NCBI GenBank assembly: GCA_963662465.1
Contig: OY759599.1
Coordinates: forward strand, 5,504,001-5,568,000
Origin: Desulfatiglandales bacterium
GTDB lineage: Bacteria; Desulfobacterota; DSM-4660; Desulfatiglandales; Desulfatiglandaceae
Length of the DNA: 64,000 nt
Direction of reading: 5' to 3'
Numbering within the stretch: position 1 is the stretch's first letter; the number at the start of each line of letters is the position of its first letter. Below the pieces are notes generated by a model, which was not told the origin of the DNA, ran no database searches, and saw only the letters and a program-made list of their open reading frames with translations. The position numbers were made by a program, and so were the translations under genes. Below are positions 10,697 to 19,889 of the stretch, piece after piece.

Positions 10697-11074
10697 TCAC
10701 GCGCTGTCATAGCGTTTGAAAATTTCATCCGTAAACAGGAAAGTCATATTTTCAGACTTTGCCTGTGAATAGATTAGCCGATCAAAAGGATCACGGTGAA
10801 TCAGAGGAAGTCCCAAATATCGGAAAAGGTGGTTTTCAGTGATTTGCAAAATCCTGAAGTCGTAATCCTGAGTAACAACTTTGAAAAAAGTTTTAAAATC
10901 TTTATCCATTTCCAATTTGCCGATATTCAGTTTTATACTAATTTCCCATAACGAAGCGACACTTACATTAATTTCATTCTCAGCATCCTCAATGAGTTTT
11001 TTATATTCCGGGCTTAACCCGGCATCATCTGAAACAAACCATAACAGCACATTTGTATCCAAAAGAATTCTCAT
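10697..11074 (-). CDS. vapC: PIN-domain VapC toxin
   Basis: MRILLDTNVLLW, SVASLWEISIK, HRDPFDRLI. Confidence 0.92.
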   Translation of the reverse strand: MRILLDTNVLLWFVSDDAGLSPEYKKLIEDAENEINVSVASLWEISIKLNIGKLEMDKDFKTFFKVVTQDYDFRILQITENHLFRYLGLPLIHRDPFDRLIYSQAKSENMTFLFTDEIFKRYDSA

Positions 11075-11286
11075 TCCATATATTTCCTCATTTCTTCCAA
11101 GGGGTCATTAAAATTTTCAGACATTCTTATCTTGCCTTTCAGCAGGCCGGCTTTTCTTTTCGGCTTTAAAGTTTTTTTTGGGATAATAATCAACTGTACT
11201 TCCTTCTCAGAAACAGAACTTTCTTCAGAAAGCCGAATGGTCTTATTGTCAAGAAATATTGCATCATATATATACACATGTTCCAT
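11071..11286 (-). CDS. Antitoxin (DUF2281-like)
   Basis: KRKAGLLKGKIRMSENFNDPL tail and ATGA overlap with the toxin. Confidence 0.75.
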   Translation of the reverse strand: MEHVYIYDAIFLDNKTIRLSEESSVSEKEVQLIIIPKKTLKPKRKAGLLKGKIRMSENFNDPLEEMRKYME

Positions 11287-11588
11287 TTTATATTCCCCCG
11301 CTGGCTTCTGGGTAGTCCCCGAAAGCCCTGTGACATACATTAACAAGAAGGGCGAATAACACCGTGCTTTCAGCCCTTGGGAAGAAACATCGGATCAGAT
11401 CTTCCCAAAGGGGGGTGCCGCTTAACTGCGCTTCTTTAAAATATCCCAAATTCCCACATTGTTATCAATTTATTTTTTACTTTTTCCGCACACTCAATGC
11501 GAATGTTCTCGGGTACAAAGGTTATGTTTACATTGCCATACAAAGAACCGCCGAGATTGTTGATTGACAACCAAACGAACCTTCCCGC

Positions 11589-14500
11589 TCACCTTAAAAG
11601 TTCATCCGGTCTGGGCGGCATACCCTCACTGCTGTCAACAATAAAACTGCCGGCCTGTTCGGGATCCCGGGTTTCACACCGTTCGGGGAGGAGTTCGTCC
11701 GCACTCAGAAAGGATTCCCGCAAGGGAACCATGGCATTTACGATGTCCTGCACGGGAGAGTTGACAATAATTTTTCCTTCTTTGCCGGAAACCTGGGAAC
11801 TGGCGGTTATGTCGCTGTCCGGGGAGAGAAAAACCGCATCGGCATTGATGGTGATGTCGCCGCCAAAACCCTGATCTGCGTTGGCGGTGAGGTCGCTGTT
11901 TTCAAGGGCAACGTAGGTGGCGGCATCGATGGTCACATTGCCGCCCTTTCCTTCACCAGACTTCACGCTGGTGCTGATGCCGCTGTTGTGGGTCAATTGA
12001 ATGTCTTTTCCGGTGATGTTGATGTTTCCTCCCAGCGCTTTTTTGGCATTGGTTTTTATTGTGCCATTGTCGAGGGACAACAGATTGCCTGCATGGATGT
12101 TGATAGAACCGGCATTGCCGGTACTCGAACTCTCGGCGGATATGGTGGCGCCTTCCGTTACAGTTAGGTTTTCGGTCGTTACTGCGATATTCCCGCCCTC
12201 ACCAACGCTGTCTGTGCCACTGAAAAACCCGCTTTGGTTTCCGGCGCTGTCTTTCCCCGCGATGGAAACAGAGCCTGTGGCGTTGACCTTGATATTGCCC
12301 CCTTTGCCTGTGGAACCTCCCCGTGCACTTGCCCCAACCTGCGCGCCATTCCTGAACGAAATATTGGTCCCCTCAAGTAAAATATCCCCCGCAGCACCAG
12401 TGCTAAAGGTGTCAGCGGTAAACAAGGCCCCGCCCGTCGCGTGTAGTTCATCGGCCTTGACTGTGATCGTCCCACCATGGCCCGAACCGGCTGTACTGGC
12501 CATAATTACCACATCCGTTTCCGTTGCGTACAGCTCATCCGCCGTGACGGTGATCGATCCTCCATGGCCCGGACCCATTGTACCCGTCTGAATGCTCCCA
12601 TGCTGTTCAAGATAAAGACTGGAAGCAGTGACCTTGATATTTCCCCCTTCGCCTTTGCCACTGGTATTGCTGAAAAGTCCGCTCGGAGATCTTCGTGTGC
12701 CTTTCCCTCCGATTGTAACAGACCCAGCCGCATTGACTATTATATCTCCGGCCTTGCCTGTGGTGCCCTCGTTGGCAGAAACACTAATTTGGGCACGATC
12801 AGTTATGGAAATATTTTTTGCATCTATTTTAATATAACCAGCATCACCTTTTCCGAGGGTCGTAGATTGAATCCATGCCCTGTTTCCTTTCATATTCAAC
12901 GCTTCAGTTGTGATATAGATGTTTCCGCCATCGCCCGCATCATCCGTTTCTCTGTGGGTGTTGGCAGCTATTGCCCCATCTTCTCCAATCGAAATATTTG
13001 ATGCTGTAACAAAAATATTCCCCCCATCGCCCTTCCCATAAGTACTGCAATAAAGGCCGCTTAAAAACCCGGGCCCACTGTCTTTACCTGTAATCGAAAG
13101 TGTATCGGATACGGTTACATTCATTTCGCCTGCCTTACCTTCTGAATCTTGTCGAGCTGATACATCAATCTGAGCGCCCTTGGTCAAAGAGATGTTTTCA
13201 GCATCTACAGTAATGTTTCCTCCATCACCTTTACCATACGTAAGGGACCTTAAATAACCTGTTTCAGAGGTAAGTTCCCCTGTTTTCACCGTGATGTCCC
13301 CAGCATCACCGTCACTTTTGGCCCAAGCATTTATCTCTGCATTGCGGAGAAAAACTTTTGAAGCAGTGACAGATATGTTTCCCCCATTTCCGCTGCCCTT
13401 GGTATAGCTCCATATTCCGGTAAGCGGCCCTCCATCCTCCCCTTCGATATTCACACTGTCTCTTGCATTGACAGTTATAGTGGCGCCATCGCCTTCTGCA
13501 CCATCAATTACATTGGCATGAATTCCTGCGCCATCGATCAAAAAAAGATTTTCTGCGTCTATTTGAATCTGACCCCCATTGCCACTGCCAGAAGTGTTGC
13601 ACCAAATGCCGCTGTTTTTCCCTTCAATTGCAACGTCACTTTTTGCATTGATTGTTACATTTCCACCATTACCAGTAGAAACTTCCCAGGCTGTAGCGCC
13701 AATCTGAGCGTTGTTGGCTAGCAAGATATTTTCCGCCGTCAAAAAAATATTTCCGGCATTTCCTGCGCCGTATGTATGGGTAAATATTCCGCAAGCCCCT
13801 TTAGCGCTGAATTGCCTTGTCCTTACTTGAATGTTTCCCGCATTCCCTGCGTTTTCATCCTTTCCAAAGGTCAAAGCACGAATTTGACTGCCTTGACCAA
13901 GTAACAACATTGCAGAGTCGATGAAAATATCCCCACCATCACCATCACCGCTGGTATCGTTGATGATTCCGCTCGGATTTCCTTCGCTGTCTTCCCCCAC
14001 AATGGTAACGGAACCCGTAGCATTGATTGTGATGCTGCCGCCATCGCCTGTGGAACCTTTCTGAGCGGAAGCGTTAACCTGTGCGCCATCGGTAAGAGAG
14101 ATGTTTGTGCCCGACAACTTGATATTCCCCCCATTACCGGAACCATGGGTATAGGATTGAATATTACCATCCTTGGCGTCGAATTCCCGAGCATTTACGG
14201 TAATGTTTCCTGCATTCCCAGCATCTCTATCTGAACCGTAAGTAGAAGCGCGTATTACGCCGCCTACACCCAGTGAAAATGTTGGGGCCGTTACCGTAAT
14301 ATTCCCTCCATCACCGCTGCCAAGAGTATTGCTGAAAAGCCCACTCGGATATCCTTCAGCATCGTGACCCTCAATGGAAACCGACTCGAACGTGTTAACC
14401 AGGATATCGCCACCCAGGCCTTTAGACCCTCTCATGGCCGAGGTGTTAACTTGGACCCCGCCGACCAAAGAGACGTTTGTCCCCTCCAGCAGAATATCTC

Positions 14501-15488
14501 CCGCATTCCCGGAATTGTATGTCATAGACGAAATTCTGGCGCCATGGTCAAGCGCCACAGTATCCCGCACCCTCACATCAATCCCCCCACGACTATCCTT
14601 ATCCCCCATAGTGTTGGCATACACCTTTCCGCCATCCACATAAAAATTCCCCCCACGCACATAAATAACCCCGCCCCTTTCACCGCTCACATCCACATCG
14701 CCGATCTCCGTATCATCGATCTTCACGTACTCGGCATACGAGCGGGTAATGTTAATATTCCCAAGCCTCTCAAATGAATCCATCCCCGGTCCCGAAGCAC
14801 CCAGGGTCACTTCCCCTGCCGAAGCCACGCTCACCAGATCGATCTCGCCGCCCGGGGCATGAAGCGTCCCATCATTCAGCGTGATATCCCCTCCCACAAG
14901 AGAAAGCGTCTCCCCCTCGGGAACCTTCAAATAACTCCCCTCCACCGTAATGGACGCCGCCGTATCATCCAGGAAACCAAAGGCGGATGGTGGATCCACC
15001 GTCAAAACACTCTGCTCGGGATGGATGGCGTCAAACCGACCGGCATCCCCCAGAAGGAGGTAATCGGCGGTGCTTGCATGAAACGAACCGTTCACGTCCA
15101 GGGTGGCGTTGGGACCGAACATCATGCCCCAGGGGTTGATCAGAAACAGGTTGGCCCCCGGAATCGTGCAACTGAGCCTCCCGTCAATCAGGGAAGAGGC
15201 GCCCCCGGTGACACGCCCGATGACATTCTGTATCCCGCCGGGGCCGGTAAAGGTCCCGCTTTCCCCGGTATTGATGTTAAAGGTCTCGAAGCTGTGAAAG
15301 AGGTTGGCCCCCGCCTGGGATCCCATTTTGTCGGTGATCACATAGTTGGGCCCGGACACGGCCCCTTTCTGACCGACGGTCCCATCCAGTACCACCTCGG
15401 CATGGGCAAAGGCAACCAGGCATATCAGTAAAGAAGAAGCTGTTCCGGTCCACCCAATGACTTTTTGAAAACGATTAAACACTTTCAT
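11589..15488 (-). CDS. TpsA: filamentous-haemagglutinin-like exoprotein (copy 2, intact)
   Basis: Signal peptide AHA-EV, TPS domain NLFHSF...NLFLINPWG, many GxGGxIxI beta-helix repeats, C-terminal RC...SF...GMPP motif. Confidence 0.93.
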   Translation of the reverse strand: MKVFNRFQKVIGWTGTASSLLICLVAFAHAEVVLDGTVGQKGAVSGPNYVITDKMGSQAGANLFHSFETFNINTGESGTFTGPGGIQNVIGRVTGGASSLIDGRLSCTIPGANLFLINPWGMMFGPNATLDVNGSFHASTADYLLLGDAGRFDAIHPEQSVLTVDPPSAFGFLDDTAASITVEGSYLKVPEGETLSLVGGDITLNDGTLHAPGGEIDLVSVASAGEVTLGASGPGMDSFERLGNINITRSYAEYVKIDDTEIGDVDVSGERGGVIYVRGGNFYVDGGKVYANTMGDKDSRGGIDVRVRDTVALDHGARISSMTYNSGNAGDILLEGTNVSLVGGVQVNTSAMRGSKGLGGDILVNTFESVSIEGHDAEGYPSGLFSNTLGSGDGGNITVTAPTFSLGVGGVIRASTYGSDRDAGNAGNITVNAREFDAKDGNIQSYTHGSGNGGNIKLSGTNISLTDGAQVNASAQKGSTGDGGSITINATGSVTIVGEDSEGNPSGIINDTSGDGDGGDIFIDSAMLLLGQGSQIRALTFGKDENAGNAGNIQVRTRQFSAKGACGIFTHTYGAGNAGNIFLTAENILLANNAQIGATAWEVSTGNGGNVTINAKSDVAIEGKNSGIWCNTSGSGNGGQIQIDAENLFLIDGAGIHANVIDGAEGDGATITVNARDSVNIEGEDGGPLTGIWSYTKGSGNGGNISVTASKVFLRNAEINAWAKSDGDAGDITVKTGELTSETGYLRSLTYGKGDGGNITVDAENISLTKGAQIDVSARQDSEGKAGEMNVTVSDTLSITGKDSGPGFLSGLYCSTYGKGDGGNIFVTASNISIGEDGAIAANTHRETDDAGDGGNIYITTEALNMKGNRAWIQSTTLGKGDAGYIKIDAKNISITDRAQISVSANEGTTGKAGDIIVNAAGSVTIGGKGTRRSPSGLFSNTSGKGEGGNIKVTASSLYLEQHGSIQTGTMGPGHGGSITVTADELYATETDVVIMASTAGSGHGGTITVKADELHATGGALFTADTFSTGAAGDILLEGTNISFRNGAQVGASARGGSTGKGGNIKVNATGSVSIAGKDSAGNQSGFFSGTDSVGEGGNIAVTTENLTVTEGATISAESSSTGNAGSINIHAGNLLSLDNGTIKTNAKKALGGNINITGKDIQLTHNSGISTSVKSGEGKGGNVTIDAATYVALENSDLTANADQGFGGDITINADAVFLSPDSDITASSQVSGKEGKIIVNSPVQDIVNAMVPLRESFLSADELLPERCETRDPEQAGSFIVDSSEGMPPRPDELLR

Positions 15489-15581
15489 GAGATCCCCCCT
15501 TTTTCCATATCGATATGCCAAAGAAACGGAACCTTGGCGCGAAAACTCAACCCTGCACCCTGAACCCTGTCCCCTTCTCCC

Positions 15582-17216
15582 TCAAAACAACTCCCCCACA
15601 ATCAAAAACTGAAACCCCTTATCCTGCAAATCTTCATCCGCATCGTCGAATTTCACAAACGGAATGGCGCCATAAGTCATCAGGCGGATTTTATCCGTGA
15701 TGTCCCACCGAAGCGCCAGTCCCAGACTGTAGATATGCCGCTGTCCAAAAGTGGGTGTGGACGTGTTCCAGGAGGCGCCGTAATCAAAAAACGGGGTCAA
15801 TTGCAATACCCGGCGCCCCATGGCGCCGTAAAGCACCGGAATGCGGCATTCCAGCGAGGAGGCCACCCCGTTATCCCGCACCAGGCGGTTTTCCCGATAC
15901 CCGCGAACGCTGTACATGCCGCCAATGGGGAATTTTTCAACGGGGAGAAGGGGGTCGGCGGAAAGCTGCGCGTTGGTTCGAAAGGCAAGCTCCATGTCCG
16001 TATCAAAGAGACGGCGGATGAACTGGATTTGGGCCTGCCAGGCGAAAAACCTGCCGTTGGGATCGGGTAGATCCACTGACGCATCAAATACGTCCACACC
16101 GATGTTGAAGGTGGATCGCAACGCAAGGACCTGGTTCTGACTGCGCAGCATGTACTCCTGAAAAAACCGCAGGGCCGTGACCGTTGCCTCGCCGCCTTTT
16201 ACCCCCGCTGAAAAAGAGTAGGGACGGCCCAGGAGGGTGGTCTTGCTGTAGCGGCGCTCCCCCGTGAGGCCCAGGGAAAACTCGGTATCAGCCTTTTTCA
16301 GAAACGGGTGGCTCAGGGTAATCCCCATGGTGTCCGTCAAACTTTCGATATCCAGGTTTTTAAAGGGGGTCTCGATAATGGTGGACTGGTTGCGCCGGTA
16401 TTGAAGGCTCAGCATGGTGTCGCGGGCCGTAATGGGGATGCTGTAGGCGGCATCCCAATCCGCCAGACCGTTGGTGGTCACACCAATATCCCCGGCCAGG
16501 ATGTCGCCGTTTCCGGTGAGATTGTCATGGATGAAGTGCATGCCCCCTCGTACACTGCCAATGGCCGGGGATACAATGTTACCCACCTCGGCACCGATGG
16601 TGTAGGGCGAATTTTCCTCCACCTGGACCTTCAGAACACTTTCGTCTTTTTCCGTGCCGGGACTCAGTTTGGCGTTAATGCGCTCGATGCGGGGGTCCTG
16701 CTGCAACACAAGCAGGGATTCCCTCAGATCAAAGATATTCAGGGGAGGACCGGCGCCCAGCTTCAGACGCTTTTCCAGGTAACTGTCGCGGAAGTATTCA
16801 TTTCCGGAAATTTCAATTTTTGAAAGGGACCCCTCGACAACCCGCAGGACGAGAACCCCGTCGGTCATCTTCTGATCCGGTATGATGACCCCTGAGTTGA
16901 CATACCCCTTGTCCACATAGTATTGCGTCAGCTTGCGCCTGAGATCCTGCAGTTCCTCGGAAGTGATTTCACGGTTTTCATAAGGGGCTATGATTTCCGA
17001 CAGTTCCCCGTCCGGAAAAACCGTGTTCCCTTCCAGCTTGAACTGCCGCACAAACACTTTCGGCATTGCGGAAAGCTGGTCTTTCTGGGGAGCGGAGAGA
17101 ATCTCCGGCTGGGCCGCGGCAGGGAAGGGGGAAACGAGGGCAAACATGGCAAAACCCAGCAAACAGGTGATGATCACTTTACGGATGTTTTTGAGGGAAG
17201 CGGCAGGCATGGGCAT
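15582..17216 (-). CDS. TpsB: ShlB/FhaC/HecB-family two-partner secretion pore (intact)
   Basis: POTRA motifs LEGNTVF and LTQYYVDKGYVNS, VRGY motif (GGMYSVRGY), C-terminal Phe. Confidence 0.93.
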   Translation of the reverse strand: MPMPAASLKNIRKVIITCLLGFAMFALVSPFPAAAQPEILSAPQKDQLSAMPKVFVRQFKLEGNTVFPDGELSEIIAPYENREITSEELQDLRRKLTQYYVDKGYVNSGVIIPDQKMTDGVLVLRVVEGSLSKIEISGNEYFRDSYLEKRLKLGAGPPLNIFDLRESLLVLQQDPRIERINAKLSPGTEKDESVLKVQVEENSPYTIGAEVGNIVSPAIGSVRGGMHFIHDNLTGNGDILAGDIGVTTNGLADWDAAYSIPITARDTMLSLQYRRNQSTIIETPFKNLDIESLTDTMGITLSHPFLKKADTEFSLGLTGERRYSKTTLLGRPYSFSAGVKGGEATVTALRFFQEYMLRSQNQVLALRSTFNIGVDVFDASVDLPDPNGRFFAWQAQIQFIRRLFDTDMELAFRTNAQLSADPLLPVEKFPIGGMYSVRGYRENRLVRDNGVASSLECRIPVLYGAMGRRVLQLTPFFDYGASWNTSTPTFGQRHIYSLGLALRWDITDKIRLMTYGAIPFVKFDDADEDLQDKGFQFLIVGELF

Positions 17217-17400
17217 AAAATAACCTCAACAGACGATTGGGGATGCGGGAATCTGAATTGACGCTGATCTCTTTCCTGATATCATCATTTTTTAAGCAGG
17301 AAGTAAGTTGCTTCATTTAGCATGCCGGAACTGGGAAATCAACGGGATTTAGCCCGAACAGTGATTTTTATGCCTGAAAACGGTCGGGATTCCCCGGTTT
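17107..17400. repeat. Copy 2 of the tpsB-5'/divergent promoter repeat
   Basis: Homologous to 5588-5900 and 22210-22523. Confidence 0.85.
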
Positions 17401-17403
17401 GAG

Positions 17404-17497
17404 AAGGAAAACAAGATCCTTCTGGCGGGGCTCAGCAAAAGCGCTGAGGGCGGGGGTCGAAGCGCTCTGGCCACCCTCCTGGTGGTGGAATTCTACC
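17404..17497 (+). pseudogene. Three abutting short stubs of a CHAT gene
   Basis: AAGATCCTTCTGGCGGGGCTCAGCAAAAGCGCT matches ~7643-7675, AGCGCTCTGGCCACCCTC matches ~8039-8057 and GTGGAATTCTACC matches ~8093-8105, in the same order. Confidence 0.75.
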
Positions 17498-17535
17498 TGT
17501 GCATGACTGGGTTGAACTACAAAGGAGAGTTAATT

Positions 17536-18147
17536 ATGGGGTTTTTAGCAGAACGGGATCGGTTGCGTTTCAGCTATCGGGACTATTGTGAACGGACGGA
17601 TGATCGGCGGCGGGAGCTGATCGATGGTTTAGAATATGATATGAGCCCCGCACCCTCAAGGATTCATCAAAAACTATCCGGTGAATTATTTGTCAGGATA
17701 TATAATGCTTTAAAAGATGGACAGTGTGAGGTATACGCTGCACCCTTTGATGTTCGTTTTTCCGAGGATTCCGCAGCATCGGATGAAGAAATCTTTACCG
17801 TGGTTCAACCGGATATCGTGGTAATTTGCGATGCGTCGAAGCTGGATGAGCGGGGCTGTATGGGCGCCCCCAATTTGGTGATTGAGATTTTGTCGCCTTT
17901 CACAGCGGCCAAAGATATGAAAATCAAGCGTGACCTTTATGAGAAGTACGGTGTGAGCGAATATTGGCTGGCGCATCCAACAGATAAAACCTTCATGATA
18001 TACCGCCTCAAACAAGATAAACAATATGCTAAAGCTGAAATATACGCGGGCCGGGATATGATTGAATCGACAACTGTTCCAGGCCTGAAGATAGCGTTGA
18101 CTGATCTCTTTGGCCGTCCTACGGAACCGGCGCCATCAAAACATTAA
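17536..18147 (+). CDS. Uma2-family (PD-(D/E)xK) endonuclease-like protein
   Basis: ELIDG, SPAPSRIHQ, VQPDIVVIC, LVIEILSP, YGVSEYW. AAGGAG RBS. Confidence 0.9.
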   Translation: MGFLAERDRLRFSYRDYCERTDDRRRELIDGLEYDMSPAPSRIHQKLSGELFVRIYNALKDGQCEVYAAPFDVRFSEDSAASDEEIFTVVQPDIVVICDASKLDERGCMGAPNLVIEILSPFTAAKDMKIKRDLYEKYGVSEYWLAHPTDKTFMIYRLKQDKQYAKAEIYAGRDMIESTTVPGLKIALTDLFGRPTEPAPSKH

Positions 18148-18662
18148 CTTCAGGCCAACCGATCAAAACCCTTTTTATCCTTCAAAACCTCAGTGTAAAT
18201 AATTATTGCGCTTTTGAAGGAGGTGAATGAAGATCTAATAAATTTCGGTACCCTGCTGTAGCCCTGTTCCCCCAAAAGGGTGTAAAGGGGTTTGAAGGAA
18301 CCTGTCCGGACGCCGTATTCTAATCCTGTTCATCGTGGTTAATCCTGTGAATCGTGTTCAAAACGGGAAGGATGCCAACAATGACGGATACACCTTTTCC
18401 CGTGTTCTTAAAAACTATAAAATCCGAACATCAGGTCCGGTCACAAGCCGGACAATTTAAAAACGCATGTTCCCAAGCCTCTGAGTGGGAATGCCTTAAA
18501 GTAGAGCCTTCGCAAAACTGTCCCACTTTGTGTCCGTAGTGGTCATCCTCTATCTTTCTTACCGTCTCTACCCTTTCACCTTCTTTTCCTTTCTTCTCAG
18601 CGCCTCAGCGCCTCTGCGCGAGACCATTTTATAATTTTATAACGTCCCATTCCCCCGAAAGA

Positions 18663-19061
18663 TCAAGAAGTGATTTCATCCAGCAGCTCGGGATGTTTGT
18701 CCAGAAGTTTAAAAAGGTTGCTGACTGATTGCAGGGGTTTGGCCTTCCCACGCTCGTATCGGGAAAATGCATTTCGCCCTCCCCCGGTGAGCAGCGCCGC
18801 TTCCTGCTGTGTCAGCTTGAGTTTTTTACGAATTCTTGCAAGTTCAGCCGCTTCCTTCGAATCAATTTCCTTGGCGACTTGTTTGATGGCCTCGGCAAAA
18901 CGAACTCCTTCACCTACATCAAATTCGACTTCCCCGCAATGAAAACAGTGCCATCCATTGACGACAGGTATAACGGCATGATGCCCTTTATAGGTGTAAG
19001 GCACATCTCGAACAGTATGCACCATCTCTTTTTGTCCACAATTCAGACAGTCGCGTTTCAT
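18663..19061 (-). CDS. mqsA: MqsA-family antitoxin
   Basis: CxxC...CxxC zinc ribbon plus HTH LTQQEAA..TGGGRNAFSRYERG. Confidence 0.92.
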   Translation of the reverse strand: MKRDCLNCGQKEMVHTVRDVPYTYKGHHAVIPVVNGWHCFHCGEVEFDVGEGVRFAEAIKQVAKEIDSKEAAELARIRKKLKLTQQEAALLTGGGRNAFSRYERGKAKPLQSVSNLFKLLDKHPELLDEITS

Positions 19062-19062
19062 C

Positions 19063-19365
19063 TCATTTCTCCTTGAACTGGATCACTATAGACCCATCAT
19101 GGCGTAACGTGACCCTCACATAGGCTATCCCGGCAGGCGTTTCCGGGTGATAAACATCCTGCCAAATTTGGCTTGACGAATGGGTCGTCATGCTTTTGTA
19201 AAAATCGGATCGATTCATGGAACAAACTATTTCTATCGCCTGAGCAATTTCAAGCCCCATTGCCTGGGCGCCGATCAATGCTGTTGCGGTAAAAGCGTCC
19301 GCGCCACGTAAACGAACCGCGGATTGCACAGTTGAAAGATCATAATGCGGTTTTCGCTTTTCCAT
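19063..19365 (-). CDS. mqsR: MqsR-family mRNA interferase toxin
   Basis: MEKRKPHYDL, DFYKSMTT, WQDVY, C-terminal FKEK. Confidence 0.93.
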   Translation of the reverse strand: MEKRKPHYDLSTVQSAVRLRGADAFTATALIGAQAMGLEIAQAIEIVCSMNRSDFYKSMTTHSSSQIWQDVYHPETPAGIAYVRVTLRHDGSIVIQFKEK

Positions 19366-19369
19366 AATG

Positions 19370-19399
19370 AACGTTAACCTTATAGGGTAATTCCGTCAA
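19370..19399 (-). promoter_or_regulatory. mqsRA promoter with an MqsA-type operator palindrome
   Basis: Minus-strand TTGACG-17-TAACGT, overlapped by near-palindrome TTAACCT-TAT-AGGGTAA (19374-19390). Confidence 0.7.
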
Positions 19400-19671
19400 G
19401 GAATGTTTAGTACGCTTGCGCTTCCACCTTATTGACACCTCTCATATTTCCAGTAACGTGGAATTGGTTGATTTGATAATCAGTAAGGGAGGATAGGAAA
19501 TGACGAACGATTCCACGGCAACAGAAAGCCGGATACGGAAAGATATGGGGTCGTGAAAGCCAAAAGGGGGCTTAAGGTGAATCAAATTATTTGACTTTTT
19601 TGACATCTTTCAAAAAAGCGCAAAAGTAGTTTACATTTTACCTTGAAAACACTCATTTTCACTCGGTTCTA

Positions 19672-19726
19672 CCTGTGAGAGAGGCTTTCAGCATCGACCA
19701 TCGCGGCGAGACGCCGCTCCCACAGG
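19672..19726. repeat. Degenerate REP-like inverted doublet
   Basis: CCTGTGAGAGAGGC ... GCCGCTCCCACAGG (12/14 inverted match) with an internal GCGGCG-AGA-CGCCGC hairpin. Confidence 0.5.
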
Positions 19727-19889
19727 GGAGTTCTCATGCTTGGAAACGAGATGCATGGGGGCAAAAGTGTAAACTGGAAAATGAAGGATGCCAAAAATTG
19801 CATCAAATCTTCGTAATGGGGGGCTGATTAACGGCGCTTCTCTGACATATCTCAAATTCCCGTATCGTTATCAATCAATTTTTTACTTT

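Noticed and set aside
11589..17216. CdiAB contact-dependent inhibition locus
   Set aside because: No VENN/pre-toxin motif, no variable C-terminal toxin or immunity gene, and the C-terminus is conserved between paralogues.
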